A DNA stretch of 64,000 nucleotides. Source: a virus. The DNA lies in IMG/VR virus record IMGVR_UViG_3300044630_002434, positions 32,001 through 96,000 of that record. One strand, written 5' to 3'. Under the pieces are notes generated by a model, which was not told the DNA's origin, did no database searches, and was given only the letters and a program-made list of their open reading frames with translations. Made by a program: the position numbers and the translations under genes. This document shows positions 35,487 through 45,612 of the stretch, piece after piece (the first letter of the stretch is position 1; each line of letters opens with the position of its first letter).

Positions 35487-36230
35487 TTACTTTTTCTTCT
35501 TCTTTTTGTTGGTGTTGCCGTAATTAACAGCCTTTTTCTGTTTAGCCAACCATTCGTCATAGTTAGATTCAACAATCCAAACTTGCTTATGATGACCGAA
35601 TACAGCGCCTGTATGAGCCACCATAGGGATTTTTAGCGACTGTACGCGCTCACAGAAGGTCAAATCCTCAGAGAGCCACTTGTTATCGCCAATCGGACCG
35701 TCTTGGAACCAAGCCCAATCCTCACCAAAATGCTTGCTGTATCCCTTACGAACCTCTTCAAGCACGGAACGGTGAATCATCATTGCACCAGTCCCCGCTG
35801 CGTAAATCTCAACCAGAGAGTTTTTAGGGTAGTCATAAAACGGCTGGACACCTAGTTCTCCACCATGATTCACAAAGATAAGTGGAACAGGTTCTAACTG
35901 CCCTGGCTCTGGAACGGTTCCAGTGAAGTAAAGTCCGCTAACAAAAGGATAAACGTCCTTGTCTGCACTGTTCACAAGTTTATCAAAACCGTCTTGACTA
36001 ATGTATTCATCAGCGTCAACAATAAATAACCAGTCATCTGTTGTTCCATCGAGGAAGTTCTTCACTTGAATATTACGACTCTTGGCTAATAGACCCAGCC
36101 CTTGAACACTATGAAAGTTACCAATTCTATTAGGATTTTGCTTAATCAAATCCATTACACTATGCGCAAAGAACGCATCAACTTCACCGTGGTGACACCA
36201 CGAAATACATACTGTTTCATTATCCTGCAT
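35487..36230 (-). CDS. glycosyltransferase family 2-like protein
   Basis: RN...FL...DWLF.VDAD, G.G.M.IHR.V, SEDL.FC, HTG...H; start reassigned to MQDNET. Confidence 0.8.
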   Translation of the reverse strand: MQDNETVCISWCHHGEVDAFFAHSVMDLIKQNPNRIGNFHSVQGLGLLAKSRNIQVKNFLDGTTDDWLFIVDADEYISQDGFDKLVNSADKDVYPFVSGLYFTGTVPEPGQLEPVPLIFVNHGGELGVQPFYDYPKNSLVEIYAAGTGAMMIHRSVLEEVRKGYSKHFGEDWAWFQDGPIGDNKWLSEDLTFCERVQSLKIPMVAHTGAVFGHHKQVWIVESNYDEWLAKQKKAVNYGNTNKKKKKK

Positions 36231-36288
36231 GGAAAAACAGTACCATAGCCGTCTTGTTTTCTCCATCCAACAGGCGTATGATTTTCCT

Positions 36289-37389
36289 ATGACTGATGAA
36301 CTATGGTACAAATTAGAACACTCAAACTCACCCCTGACTTCTCAAGTGCAGATGGATGATGTTACAGAAGACCTAATTAAGCCATTTGACTATCAGTCAG
36401 AAGGTGAAGAATCCTTCTACCCATATCTAGTCCCTCTAGATATTCCTAAGGACTTCGGTATCGGAGTCATTGTTGGAGCCTCTGGCACGGGCAAATCGAC
36501 TCTTCTCAAATCATTTGGTGAACCAGTACGCCCCAAATGGTCAGCGCAATCTATTGCTTCTCACTTTGAGAGCGCAGTAGAGGCAAATGAGAAGTTTTCG
36601 GCGGCGGGTTTAATGTCCGTGCCAGATTGGGTAAAGCCTTACAGCGTCCTATCCACTGGTCAGCAGTTCCGAGCAGACCTTGCTCGCTCTCTCCACGACG
36701 GCGCGGTCATTGACGAATTCACTTCTGTCATTGACAGGACTGTTGCCAAGGCAGCGTCTACGGCTATGTCTCGGTATGTACGCAAGAACGGTATACGCAA
36801 CATTGTTCTGGCAACCTGCCACAGAGATGTTCTTGAGTACCTAGAACCAGACTGGATAATCGACACAGACCGTGGCGAGTGGACTACTGGGAGGTCACTT
36901 CGGCGACCAGAACTGGACATCACAGTTTATCCTTGCTCAAACCAAGTTTGGGGTTACTTCGCTAAGCACCACTATTTATCCGAATCGCTCAACAAGTCAG
37001 CACACTGCTACTTGGCATTCAGCGATGGAAAAGTAGTTGGCTTCGTTGCTTCACTGGCGTACCCCTCAGGAAGCGTACAGAACGCTTACAGAGAGCACCG
37101 CTTAGTAATCCACCCTGATTATCAGGGCTTTGGTATTGGTCCAAGACTTTCCGAGGTTATAGCCCAGCACTACATTAGTAATGGCAAGCGTTACTTCTCA
37201 AAGACTTCCCACCCCCGTTTAGGTGGATATCGTGACCAGTCCCCTGTATGGAAGCCAACCTCAAAGAACCACATGAAACGAAAAGACGGACAAGACGCTA
37301 CAAAAACACGGTGGACTATTAATCCTGACCGTTGGTCTTATTCTCACGAATTCATCGGAGAGCCCGGAAAAATCAATTCTGAGGTATAG
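36289..37389 (+). CDS. ABC-type ATPase fused to a GNAT/Mom-like acetyltransferase
   Basis: GASGTGKST, LSTGQ.FR, IDEFTS; F..HHYL, RLV.HPDYQG.GIG, KTSHP; start reassigned to MTDELW. Confidence 0.85.
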   Translation: MTDELWYKLEHSNSPLTSQVQMDDVTEDLIKPFDYQSEGEESFYPYLVPLDIPKDFGIGVIVGASGTGKSTLLKSFGEPVRPKWSAQSIASHFESAVEANEKFSAAGLMSVPDWVKPYSVLSTGQQFRADLARSLHDGAVIDEFTSVIDRTVAKAASTAMSRYVRKNGIRNIVLATCHRDVLEYLEPDWIIDTDRGEWTTGRSLRRPELDITVYPCSNQVWGYFAKHHYLSESLNKSAHCYLAFSDGKVVGFVASLAYPSGSVQNAYREHRLVIHPDYQGFGIGPRLSEVIAQHYISNGKRYFSKTSHPRLGGYRDQSPVWKPTSKNHMKRKDGQDATKTRWTINPDRWSYSHEFIGEPGKINSEV

Positions 37390-37452
37390 TAAGAGCACAT
37401 AAGTTATCCACAGGCTAGAAGTGGCGTGTTTAGTACACTTCAGCCATAATAG

Positions 37453-37785
37453 TTGTATACACTTAAGTTTAAGTGTTTATGTTTTATTGCCTTAGAAAGG
37501 GCGCAGATAGTGGATATTAATTGGAAGTTACCGTTCGAAATCTTAACCGAACTTTTTTTGTTTGTTTTAGGCTGGACTCTGGTTGCATTAGTTGGTTTGA
37601 TTGCACTAGCAATTGTTATTGGTTTACTAAGAGGAACCAGTGAAATCTTTAAGGGAAGCAAAAAGAAAAAGATAGTTAAGACTGAAGAAGAAGTATCGCT
37701 TCAGCCTATGCTTGGTGTTGTCGAACCCCCAGACAATTTAACTAATCTTCAACTTAAAAGACTCTTTGAGCGTGGAGCAGACTAA
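37453..37785 (+). CDS. membrane protein
   Basis: Long hydrophobic stretch; start probably the GTG near 37510. Confidence 0.6.
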   Translation: MYTLKFKCLCFIALERAQIVDINWKLPFEILTELFLFVLGWTLVALVGLIALAIVIGLLRGTSEIFKGSKKKKIVKTEEEVSLQPMLGVVEPPDNLTNLQLKRLFERGAD

Positions 37786-38173
37786 CCGACCCTCGTGGGA
37801 TAACTACTACTTAGACATTGCTAAGGCTGTTTCGGCAAGAGGCGATTGCGTTCGCGCTCAGCACGGAGCAGTGATTGTTAAAGACCACAAGATTGTCTCC
37901 ACTGGATATAACGGAACTCCAGCAGGGGATGAACGCTCCTGCGGTTCTACAGGTCAATGCCCAAGGGCTCTGGATTCTTCGTCAGAACACTCAAAGGGTC
38001 AATATGACCAGTGTTGGAGCACCCACGCAGAGTCAAACGCGCTTCTACGGGCTTCCTGGAGCGACCTTCAAAGCGCAACTATCTATATAACTGGTCAACC
38101 TTGCCCCGGTTGCTCAAAACTAATCGCATCATCAGGAGTAAGCAGAGTCGTATGGGAAAGAGACCAACAGTAA
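37766..38173 (+). CDS. dCMP deaminase
   Basis: RPSWD.YY, TGYNG, HAE.NA, PC..C. Confidence 0.92.
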   Translation: MSVEQTNRPSWDNYYLDIAKAVSARGDCVRAQHGAVIVKDHKIVSTGYNGTPAGDERSCGSTGQCPRALDSSSEHSKGQYDQCWSTHAESNALLRASWSDLQSATIYITGQPCPGCSKLIASSGVSRVVWERDQQ

Positions 38174-38877
38174 TGGACGCTACCTTTAGTTCAGAGATGA
38201 CAGTAGAACTTGTTAAGCACAGCGCTTCTGATTCAGATATTGCTTTTGCTGCCAGAGTATCTACTCAGGGAGAACGCTCTAAAGAAACTACAACAGGAGA
38301 GATTGGCGGTCTCATTAACTTCCTTATGAGAGAGCGTCACGGCTCCCCATTCGAACACTCCACAATGACTTTTTATGTCAAGGCTCCAATTTTTGTTTGG
38401 CGCGAGCATATGCGACATCGTATGGCAAGTTACAACGAAGAGTCAGGACGCTACAAAACACTAGAGCCACACTTCTACGTACCAGACAAAGAGCGCAAGT
38501 TAATTCAAGTTGGAAAGACTGGCTTTTACACATTTGAAGAAGGCACTCTTATGCAGTACGGAAGCGTGCTTGCTGGATATCTTAAAGGTGCTAAGGCTTC
38601 ATATGAAGCGTATCTAAAGATGCTTGAATCTGGAATTGCTAAAGAAGTCGCTCGCGGAGTTCTTCCAGTAAACATTTACTCCAGCGCGTATGTCACTATG
38701 AACGCTCGTGCGCTTATGAACTTTCTTAGCCTACGTAAGTCTGACCCTGACTCACACTTTCCGTCCTACCCTCAACGGGAGATTGAAATGGTTGCAGAGC
38801 AGTATGAAGAAATATTCAAAGAACTTATGCCACTAACCTACAATGCTTTTGTTAAGAATGGAAGAGTAGCACCTTGA
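38173..38877 (+). CDS. thyX: FAD-dependent thymidylate synthase
   Basis: H.SPFEH, RHR..SYNEESGRY, E.AR.VLP, N.R.L.NF..LR. Confidence 0.95.
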   Translation: MDATFSSEMTVELVKHSASDSDIAFAARVSTQGERSKETTTGEIGGLINFLMRERHGSPFEHSTMTFYVKAPIFVWREHMRHRMASYNEESGRYKTLEPHFYVPDKERKLIQVGKTGFYTFEEGTLMQYGSVLAGYLKGAKASYEAYLKMLESGIAKEVARGVLPVNIYSSAYVTMNARALMNFLSLRKSDPDSHFPSYPQREIEMVAEQYEEIFKELMPLTYNAFVKNGRVAP

Positions 38878-39803
38878 CCTACCCAACAATCTCTGACTTA
38901 AGTGGTGAAGCGCATCTTATTCGTAGATACGCTATGCCTTCTAATAAGAATTGGAGTGCATTCAATCCTTCAATAATTCTTTCTGACAAAGAAGAGTATT
39001 GGATTGCATTCAGGGCTAGTAACTATATTTTCTCGGATACAAGAATCTCAGTAAGACTCACTGCTGGCAATAGGGTAAGAAATAAAATGTTTCTTGTACG
39101 TCTTAAAGATGACTGGTCATTTGACGAAGACACTCTAAAAGAAATAACTGTAGACAATGTTAGAGAAAATGTTGTTAGAGGACTAGAAGACCCAAGACTT
39201 TTCTGGGACGGAGTAAGTTATTGCATAAGTTCTACTTACTTAGAGAAAGATAATCCAGTAGCAAGAATCTCAAAGATAAGACTTAAATCTTTAGAAGACC
39301 CTGAAGTTTTATCTATGGAAGTTTATTCATCTCCAAACAATCAAGTTGAAAAGAACTGGATGCCTGTGCAGGACACAGAATCTTTTATCTACGACTACTG
39401 CTCTGTGTTTACTAACGAAGAGATAGTAAAGCACGATGTAAGTAAAGAGTATGAAACTTTTAGAGGTGGCACTCAAGTAATCCCTTTTGGAGATGGAACA
39501 AGCGTTGGGCTAGTGCACGAAATTTATTCAGTGGTTGTTAGGGGAGCAAATCCCGTGACATTTTCTTCTACAACAAAAATAAGAAACTACAGTCACAGGT
39601 TTGTTAGATACAACAAAGACTTAAAACCTATTCAGTTATCAGATAGTTTTATTTTTGTAAAAGAAGGAATCGAGTTTGCATCTGGGATTGCACCAACTAA
39701 AGACGGGTTTGTTATTAGTTTAGGTAGGTCTGACTTGGCTTCATACATAGCAACAATAAGTAAAGATAATCTACTAGCAACACTTAAGGATTTAAATGTC
39801 TAA
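38874..39803 (+). CDS. beta-propeller glycoside hydrolase/transferase-like protein, paralog of 33105-34181
   Basis: FNPSI, GLEDPRL, EKNWMP, RGGTQ, HRF, IEFASG. Confidence 0.7.
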   Translation: MTYPTISDLSGEAHLIRRYAMPSNKNWSAFNPSIILSDKEEYWIAFRASNYIFSDTRISVRLTAGNRVRNKMFLVRLKDDWSFDEDTLKEITVDNVRENVVRGLEDPRLFWDGVSYCISSTYLEKDNPVARISKIRLKSLEDPEVLSMEVYSSPNNQVEKNWMPVQDTESFIYDYCSVFTNEEIVKHDVSKEYETFRGGTQVIPFGDGTSVGLVHEIYSVVVRGANPVTFSSTTKIRNYSHRFVRYNKDLKPIQLSDSFIFVKEGIEFASGIAPTKDGFVISLGRSDLASYIATISKDNLLATLKDLNV

Positions 39804-40458
39804 CGGAATTGCTTATCTATATGCTCGTGTTTCAACTCAAATACAGGTTAATGACGGAATCAGCCTTGATGCTCAAGTTAGACAAATGGAATATGCAGCA
39901 CTAGCAGCAGACTACGAACCTGTTGTTCTAAGAGAAGAAGGGCGTTCTGGAAAAAGTATTCAGGGTCGCCCAGTACTACGAAATGCTCTAGATGACCTAG
40001 ATGCAGGAAGGGCTCAGGCTATTTATGTCACAAGACTCGATAGATTGGCACGTTCGACTAAAGATTTTCTTTCAATTGTTGACCGTTCACATAAATACGG
40101 TTGGCGTTTGGCTCTACTTGATTTGGGGCTGGACACTGCTACGCATCAAGGAAGGTTTGTTGTCACGATTATGGCGGCGATGGCGGAAATGGAACGCGGA
40201 ATGATTTCCGAACGTCAAAAAGATGTACATAGAGACCGAAGAAGTAGTGGAAAAAAGTGGGGAATTGATTTAGGACCGCTACCAGATATTGAACAAAACA
40301 TAAGGGAACGTATCTATAAAGAAAGAAATTTAGGACTTTCTTATCAGTTGATTGCAGATGGATTGAATGCAGAAAGTGTACCAACTGCGCACGGAGGAGA
40401 AAAATGGTACGCAGCAACAGTAAGAAATTCTTATTTAGCATACAAAAAAACAATGTAA
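39796..40458 (+). CDS. serine recombinase (resolvase/invertase family)
   Basis: YARVST..Q, SGK...RP, RLDRLAR, AE.ER..I.ER, C-terminal IA..LN...PT..G..W. Confidence 0.92.
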   Translation: MSNGIAYLYARVSTQIQVNDGISLDAQVRQMEYAALAADYEPVVLREEGRSGKSIQGRPVLRNALDDLDAGRAQAIYVTRLDRLARSTKDFLSIVDRSHKYGWRLALLDLGLDTATHQGRFVVTIMAAMAEMERGMISERQKDVHRDRRSSGKKWGIDLGPLPDIEQNIRERIYKERNLGLSYQLIADGLNAESVPTAHGGEKWYAATVRNSYLAYKKTM

Positions 40459-40520
40459 ACTAAGAACAAGGTTCGCGCTGACACACGAATTAATATTCTG
40501 CCCTTGCTGGAGGGGTTACT

Positions 40521-42563
40521 TTGCGTAAGTTAATAAGGTCTGTTTTTGCTTTATCATTTGTCGGTATCTTTTTTACAATAACCCCTCCAGCATCTCAAGC
40601 AATTATTGCAGAACAGCCTTGTAACCAATTTTCTTGGACAGGTGAAGACGATACTGCTCATCAGATGTCGCTTCCATATAATCTTCCTCTCGGAGACACC
40701 ACATACAGCACAACATATGTGACTACCAACGGTACGCTAACTTTTGGCATTCCTGATGCCACATTCCATACATACCCAAGTACCCCATCTATTTCTTTGG
40801 CTGGTTATGACTGGGTAACCTTTGGTCAAGGCACTAGTTTAAGTTACGGAGTTACCAGCACAGGTTTTTGCGTGGAATGGAAAGTTCGTCCATTCCCACA
40901 AAGTTCTGGAGACATTACAACAATCAAACTAACTGTTGATACTTCTCGCTTACCTATTTGGTCTGGCATTGTAGAAACAACAGGATGGCTTCCAGCAGAT
41001 TTACGACGCGGTATTCGTTTCCAATCAGGTGAAGAGGTGGTCCAAATCTCAGAGGCGTTCACTATTAACGGTGGTCGTCCAGTCGAAATGCAGACTTGCT
41101 GGGATGGAACAATTATCCCGATGTCTGGAACCTGTCCAGCAGAACCACCACCCGGTCAATGCTGGGATGGTTCTACAATTCCTTGGAACGGAAGTTGCCC
41201 CCCAGTTCCACCTGATACACAATGCTGGGATGGTACTTGGGTTGCTTGGAGTCAGACCTGTCCACCTCAGCCTCCCCCAATAACTTGCTGGGACAACTCG
41301 GTAATTCCTTACAATCAAACTTGTCCACCAACTCCCCCAGATATTGTTTGTTGGAATGGCGATGTAATTTCTTGGAACCAAACTTGCCCGCAAATGCCAC
41401 CACCTGTTGAGTGCTGGGATGGTTCAGAAGTTAACTGGAATGAGCAGTGTCTACCAGAGCCACCACCAACTATTACTTATCCAGATGGCGCAATCTTTAT
41501 TACTACTGACGAGAACGGACAACTCAACTATGTTGCTCCCGTTGGTATGAAAATTAATCAAATTTTATTTGCTTCATATGGAACACCAAACGAATACCAA
41601 TACGGGTTATGTCACGCTGAGAATTCCGCGACATTAGTGTCAAATGCTGTATCTAATAACGCATTAGTTATTAGTGCAGATAATGAAGTTTTTGGAGACC
41701 CTTGCGGTGGAACTGGAAAATATCTTTCTGTAGTTTTTACTATTGAAGTTGACCCTAACTATATAGAACCAACCCCAACCCCTACTCCAGAACCGACACC
41801 CACTGAGACAGTAGAACCCACCCCAACACCAGAACCGACACCAGAGCCAACACCATCAGTGTCACCGACACCAGAACCGACTTTAGAACCTTCACCTACA
41901 CCATCACCGACACCAACACCAACAGTCCTGCCCACGCCAGAACCGACAGTAACTCCAGTCGTTGAGCCGAGCCCAGAACCAACACCTTCAGAAACTTCAA
42001 CACCAGAACCAACTCCTACTCCTGAACCAATTATAGAGCCTGTTGAAGAAGTTGTAGATAATGCTTCAGAAGATGGAATTATTACTGATGAAGAAACTCA
42101 GGCTATTGTAGACAATCTTCTTTCTGATGGAGACCTAAGTATTAATGAAGTTACAGACCTTGTAGATAATTTGCAGTCTGATGGTCAATTATCTGAAGAA
42201 GAAAAACAACTTGTTTCTGATGTTCTTGTTGAAGCATATGAAGACAGCGCAATTCCTTCCGACGTATTTGAAGCGTCAGGTTTAGATTACGAAGACCTAC
42301 CACCTGAGCAACCAATTACTTTGGAAAACGGTGTAGTTATTACGGCTGAAATTGCAGATGCCATTGAAATATTTGAAGACCCTTCCGAACTCCTTTCCGC
42401 AGTTTTAACTGACCCAGGAAAGGCACTTAAAGCCATTGCGAATGTTGGTGCTGATTTAACACCAGAAGTTCGTAAGGACGCACAAGCAATAACTGTCTCG
42501 GCAGTCATTGTGTCACAAGTAATTGCTGGAACTTCAGCACTGACCCTAGCGAGGAATCAATAA
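40521..42563 (+). CDS. large exported protein: NIDO-like region, CWDG repeats, SUEL/Gal-lectin-like domain, Pro/Thr/Glu stalk, acidic domain
   Basis: Signal peptide; DD...LP...Y...TNG.LTFG; FASYG...CHA.NS...FGDPC.GT.KYL. Confidence 0.75.
   Translation: MRKLIRSVFALSFVGIFFTITPPASQAIIAEQPCNQFSWTGEDDTAHQMSLPYNLPLGDTTYSTTYVTTNGTLTFGIPDATFHTYPSTPSISLAGYDWVTFGQGTSLSYGVTSTGFCVEWKVRPFPQSSGDITTIKLTVDTSRLPIWSGIVETTGWLPADLRRGIRFQSGEEVVQISEAFTINGGRPVEMQTCWDGTIIPMSGTCPAEPPPGQCWDGSTIPWNGSCPPVPPDTQCWDGTWVAWSQTCPPQPPPITCWDNSVIPYNQTCPPTPPDIVCWNGDVISWNQTCPQMPPPVECWDGSEVNWNEQCLPEPPPTITYPDGAIFITTDENGQLNYVAPVGMKINQILFASYGTPNEYQYGLCHAENSATLVSNAVSNNALVISADNEVFGDPCGGTGKYLSVVFTIEVDPNYIEPTPTPTPEPTPTETVEPTPTPEPTPEPTPSVSPTPEPTLEPSPTPSPTPTPTVLPTPEPTVTPVVEPSPEPTPSETSTPEPTPTPEPIIEPVEEVVDNASEDGIITDEETQAIVDNLLSDGDLSINEVTDLVDNLQSDGQLSEEEKQLVSDVLVEAYEDSAIPSDVFEASGLDYEDLPPEQPITLENGVVITAEIADAIEIFEDPSELLSAVLTDPGKALKAIANVGADLTPEVRKDAQAITVSAVIVSQVIAGTSALTLARNQ
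41094..41471 (+). repeat. six 21-aa (63-bp) CW(D/N)G...C.P.PP coding repeats
   Basis: Visible in the translation. Confidence 0.85.
41767..42030 (+). repeat. PT/PE/PS low-complexity coding repeats
   Basis: [12 protein letters not shown]... stalk. Confidence 0.85.
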
Positions 42564-42793
42564 TGAAAGCCATACTAATATGGATTAAAGATGCCTTCAT
42601 TGAATCACTAAACCAAACATGGACTCTATTAGGTATGTTTATCGCTTGGTGCGTTCTTGAAGGAAGTGCAAAAACCGTTGTAGGTTATGCAATAACACTG
42701 TCACTAGCAATCTGGTTGCTTACAATTAAATTAAGAGGTCCGCTTGACCTTGAGATTGTGCATAAAGATGAAGACGAAGAAGCCCCCAAATAG
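42563..42793 (+). CDS. small 2-TM membrane protein
   Basis: TAATG-coupled to the lectin-like gene; terminator follows. Confidence 0.75.
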   Translation: MKAILIWIKDAFIESLNQTWTLLGMFIAWCVLEGSAKTVVGYAITLSLAIWLLTIKLRGPLDLEIVHKDEDEEAPK

Positions 42794-42880
42794 GGGGCTT
42801 TTTCCTTTACACGACTAATTTGCGTAGAGGATACAAAGTCTGTACCATAGAGTTATGACACACGCTAAAGACATAAAGAA

Positions 42881-43351
42881 ATGGAGAAAGAAAAAATGAG
42901 TGATTTACTCCTTGAGTACACTGAAAAAATCCTTCCAATCTTACCTTTAGCAAAAAAGGCATATGGTTCTAGGTCACAGAAAAGTGAAGCGCACGATGCA
43001 AGTCGCCAATATACGGAATTTTTAATTGAATTTCAGTCAAAAGGTGGAAGTCTTCCGCAGTTAGCAAAGAGTTTAAATGTTGCTTATCCAGGTGTAAGAC
43101 GACGAGTTGTAATGAATGATGTTAATTTATCAGCAGTAAAGCCAAAAACTCGTGCTACAAAGCAAGAAAATGTTGAAGCAGTAGAACGTGTAAAAAAGGC
43201 AAAAGACATTGGTGTTGACCAATACCACGACCAACTCGCTAATGAGTATAGAAATGGCGTATCTTTGTCAGTTTTAGCCCGTGAATTGGGTCTTAGTTCC
43301 GCCGCACCACTGTATTATGGAGTACAGAGTAGTTTGAAGCGTAACGTCTAA
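42881..43351 (+). CDS. tandem HTH DNA-binding protein
   Basis: Two G.SL..LA..L.. HTH-like motifs; lies upstream of terL. Confidence 0.65.
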   Translation: MEKEKMSDLLLEYTEKILPILPLAKKAYGSRSQKSEAHDASRQYTEFLIEFQSKGGSLPQLAKSLNVAYPGVRRRVVMNDVNLSAVKPKTRATKQENVEAVERVKKAKDIGVDQYHDQLANEYRNGVSLSVLARELGLSSAAPLYYGVQSSLKRNV

Positions 43352-43409
43352 AACAAAAACTTAAGCCCTCATGCTACTCAGCGTGAGGGTTTTGTTTTTT
43401 GGAGGAATA

Positions 43410-44819
43410 ATGGGTAAGAGTTTAATGGAGCAGATTGCTATGCTCTCCGAGGAAGAACGAAATGCTGTTCTTTCCGATATGGATATGGACTCTCTTATCT
43501 GGGACTGGAAGGCTTGGGGAAGACCAGAGCAACAAACACCAGAAGGAAATTGGAATATCTGGGCATACATCGCTGGTCGTGGTGCAGGTAAGACTAGAAC
43601 TGCTGCCGAGTGGGTGCGTGAAGAAGCCAAGCACACAGATAAGGGACAACTACGTTTTGCATTAGTTGCTCGTACTGCTGCGGATGTTCGCGACGTTATT
43701 GTTGAAGGTGAGTCTGGAATTATTAATATTTCACCACCAAGCGAGAAGCCACACTACGAACCGTCTAAGCGTCGTCTAACTTGGTCTAACGGAAACACTG
43801 CAACTTGTTTTACTGCTGACGAACCAGACTCACTTCGTGGTCCGCAGTTCACTCACGCTTGGGGAGATGAGGTCGCTGCATGGCGACAGACTCCAGACGC
43901 TGCTGGTATGACTGCATTTGATAACTTACGAGTTGGTACTCGTCTTGGAGACAGACCAAAAATTATGTTGACTACAACACCAAAACGTGTCCCACTTTTA
44001 TATTCTTTGATAGAAGAATCAAAGAAAAGTGAGAGTGTTGTAATTACACGTGGTAGCACTATGGACAATGCAGGTAACTTATCTGGCGCTTACATGGAAG
44101 CAATCATGGGAGTTTATGAAGGCACTCGTCTTGCTTCTCAAGAACTTTACGGCGAGATGCTTGATGATATTGAAGGCGCTCTTTGGACTATTGAAATGAT
44201 TGAAAGAAACCGACATGGGTCATTTCCTTTAGGAACACCACTTCGCTGTATCGGTGTTGACCCATCTGTTGCAGAGAATCCACGAGATGAATGTGGAATT
44301 GTTGTCTGTGCCTCTACTGGAGACAGAGATTTATATAAACGTGAAGCATGGGTACTTGAAGATGCATCTGTTTTAGGTTCTCCTGAAGTTTGGGCTAATA
44401 AAGTTGTAGAGATGGCACGTAAGTGGATGTGCCCAGTTATTGCTGAAGTTAACCAAGGTGGAGCATTAGTACGTAACGCAATCAACGCTATTGACCCCAA
44501 TGTAAAAGTTTTAGAAGTTCACTCAAAGCACGGTAAGCAACTTCGTGCCGAGCCTACAGTCCTTGCTTATGAGCAAGGTCGTGTTCATCACATTGGATTC
44601 TTAGCAGAACTAGAAGACCAAATGACTTCGTGGATTCCAGGCGAAGGAAAATCTCCAGACCGCGTAGATGCTTTAGTGCACGCGCTAACAGCGCTACTTA
44701 TTAAACCACCTCAAGGTTTTGTAGGCGGAAAAATAACCGCCCACTCCCCTGCTCGTCGAAAGATTGACTTAGGCAGGAGAGGTGGCGGTATGGGTGGTGC
44801 TAGGGTTTTTAAACCTTAG
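43410..44819 (+). CDS. terL: terminase large subunit
   Basis: GRGAGKT, LRGPQF...W.DE, TTTP, QEL.GE, GVDP, E.NQGG, K..RAEP, SPDRVDA; start after SD GGAGG. Confidence 0.93.
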   Translation: MGKSLMEQIAMLSEEERNAVLSDMDMDSLIWDWKAWGRPEQQTPEGNWNIWAYIAGRGAGKTRTAAEWVREEAKHTDKGQLRFALVARTAADVRDVIVEGESGIINISPPSEKPHYEPSKRRLTWSNGNTATCFTADEPDSLRGPQFTHAWGDEVAAWRQTPDAAGMTAFDNLRVGTRLGDRPKIMLTTTPKRVPLLYSLIEESKKSESVVITRGSTMDNAGNLSGAYMEAIMGVYEGTRLASQELYGEMLDDIEGALWTIEMIERNRHGSFPLGTPLRCIGVDPSVAENPRDECGIVVCASTGDRDLYKREAWVLEDASVLGSPEVWANKVVEMARKWMCPVIAEVNQGGALVRNAINAIDPNVKVLEVHSKHGKQLRAEPTVLAYEQGRVHHIGFLAELEDQMTSWIPGEGKSPDRVDALVHALTALLIKPPQGFVGGKITAHSPARRKIDLGRRGGGMGGARVFKP

Positions 44820-45550
44820 ACCAACTTAAATCCGTACTTCTTTGCCATTTCTGACATAGACTTCTTGCCAGGAATGCCATCAGCATCTTTACCGTGGTAG
44901 CCCAACTTATGTTGCCACAACTTGTAGGCTTCTCTAGTCTTCTCATCAAAAATACCGTTAGCAGTAATTTTTGCACCGCATAGGTCTACAAGAGCAGACT
45001 GAACAACTTTAACATCGTCATTGGTAGCGCCAAATACAAGACCAGACATATGAACAACTTTGTTTGGCTTCTTTGGAGTAGGAGTTACAATTGCAACACC
45101 CTTTTTCCAAAGACCAATCTTTCGCTCAGAAGGAGCATTCTTGTCGATAATTCCAGGCATATCTAAGAATGGATTGCTCACATCGTTACCGTAGCGGAAA
45201 GGAGCAACACGAGTTTCTAGATGAAGATGTGGACCTGTGGAGTTTCCTGTATTCCCGGAAAGCCCTAATTCCGTTCCTTCTTCAACTTTCTGACCTTTTT
45301 TCACAGTTGGCTTTGACATATGGCAGTACCAAATATCTACAGTGCCTTTGTCTGACTTGCAAGTAAGAACTACAACTTTGCCATACGACTTATCGTTAAG
45401 AACATCTTTGATTGTTCCTGCAGCAACTGCAAACAAAGGAGTACCAACAGGGCAAGCAAAGTCAATACCTGTGTGACGCTTCGCTGAGTAACGTGGGTTA
45501 GGGCGACCCCAAGGCTGGGATACCTTAGGGTTTTTTAGCGGACTAGCCAT
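44816..45550 (-). CDS. endolysin: M23 peptidase plus peptidoglycan-binding domain
   Basis: HTGIDF, Y.H, GNTGNSTGPHLHLE; C-terminal Q.AL...G.F...WQ..LG...DGIPG. Confidence 0.9.
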   Translation of the reverse strand: MASPLKNPKVSQPWGRPNPRYSAKRHTGIDFACPVGTPLFAVAAGTIKDVLNDKSYGKVVVLTCKSDKGTVDIWYCHMSKPTVKKGQKVEEGTELGLSGNTGNSTGPHLHLETRVAPFRYGNDVSNPFLDMPGIIDKNAPSERKIGLWKKGVAIVTPTPKKPNKVVHMSGLVFGATNDDVKVVQSALVDLCGAKITANGIFDEKTREAYKLWQHKLGYHGKDADGIPGKKSMSEMAKKYGFKLV

Positions 45551-45612
45551 TTTTAAATCCTTTAGTGGTTAGAAAAACAATGTTCTTCTATTTTACCTGA
45601 ACTAAAGTGTCC

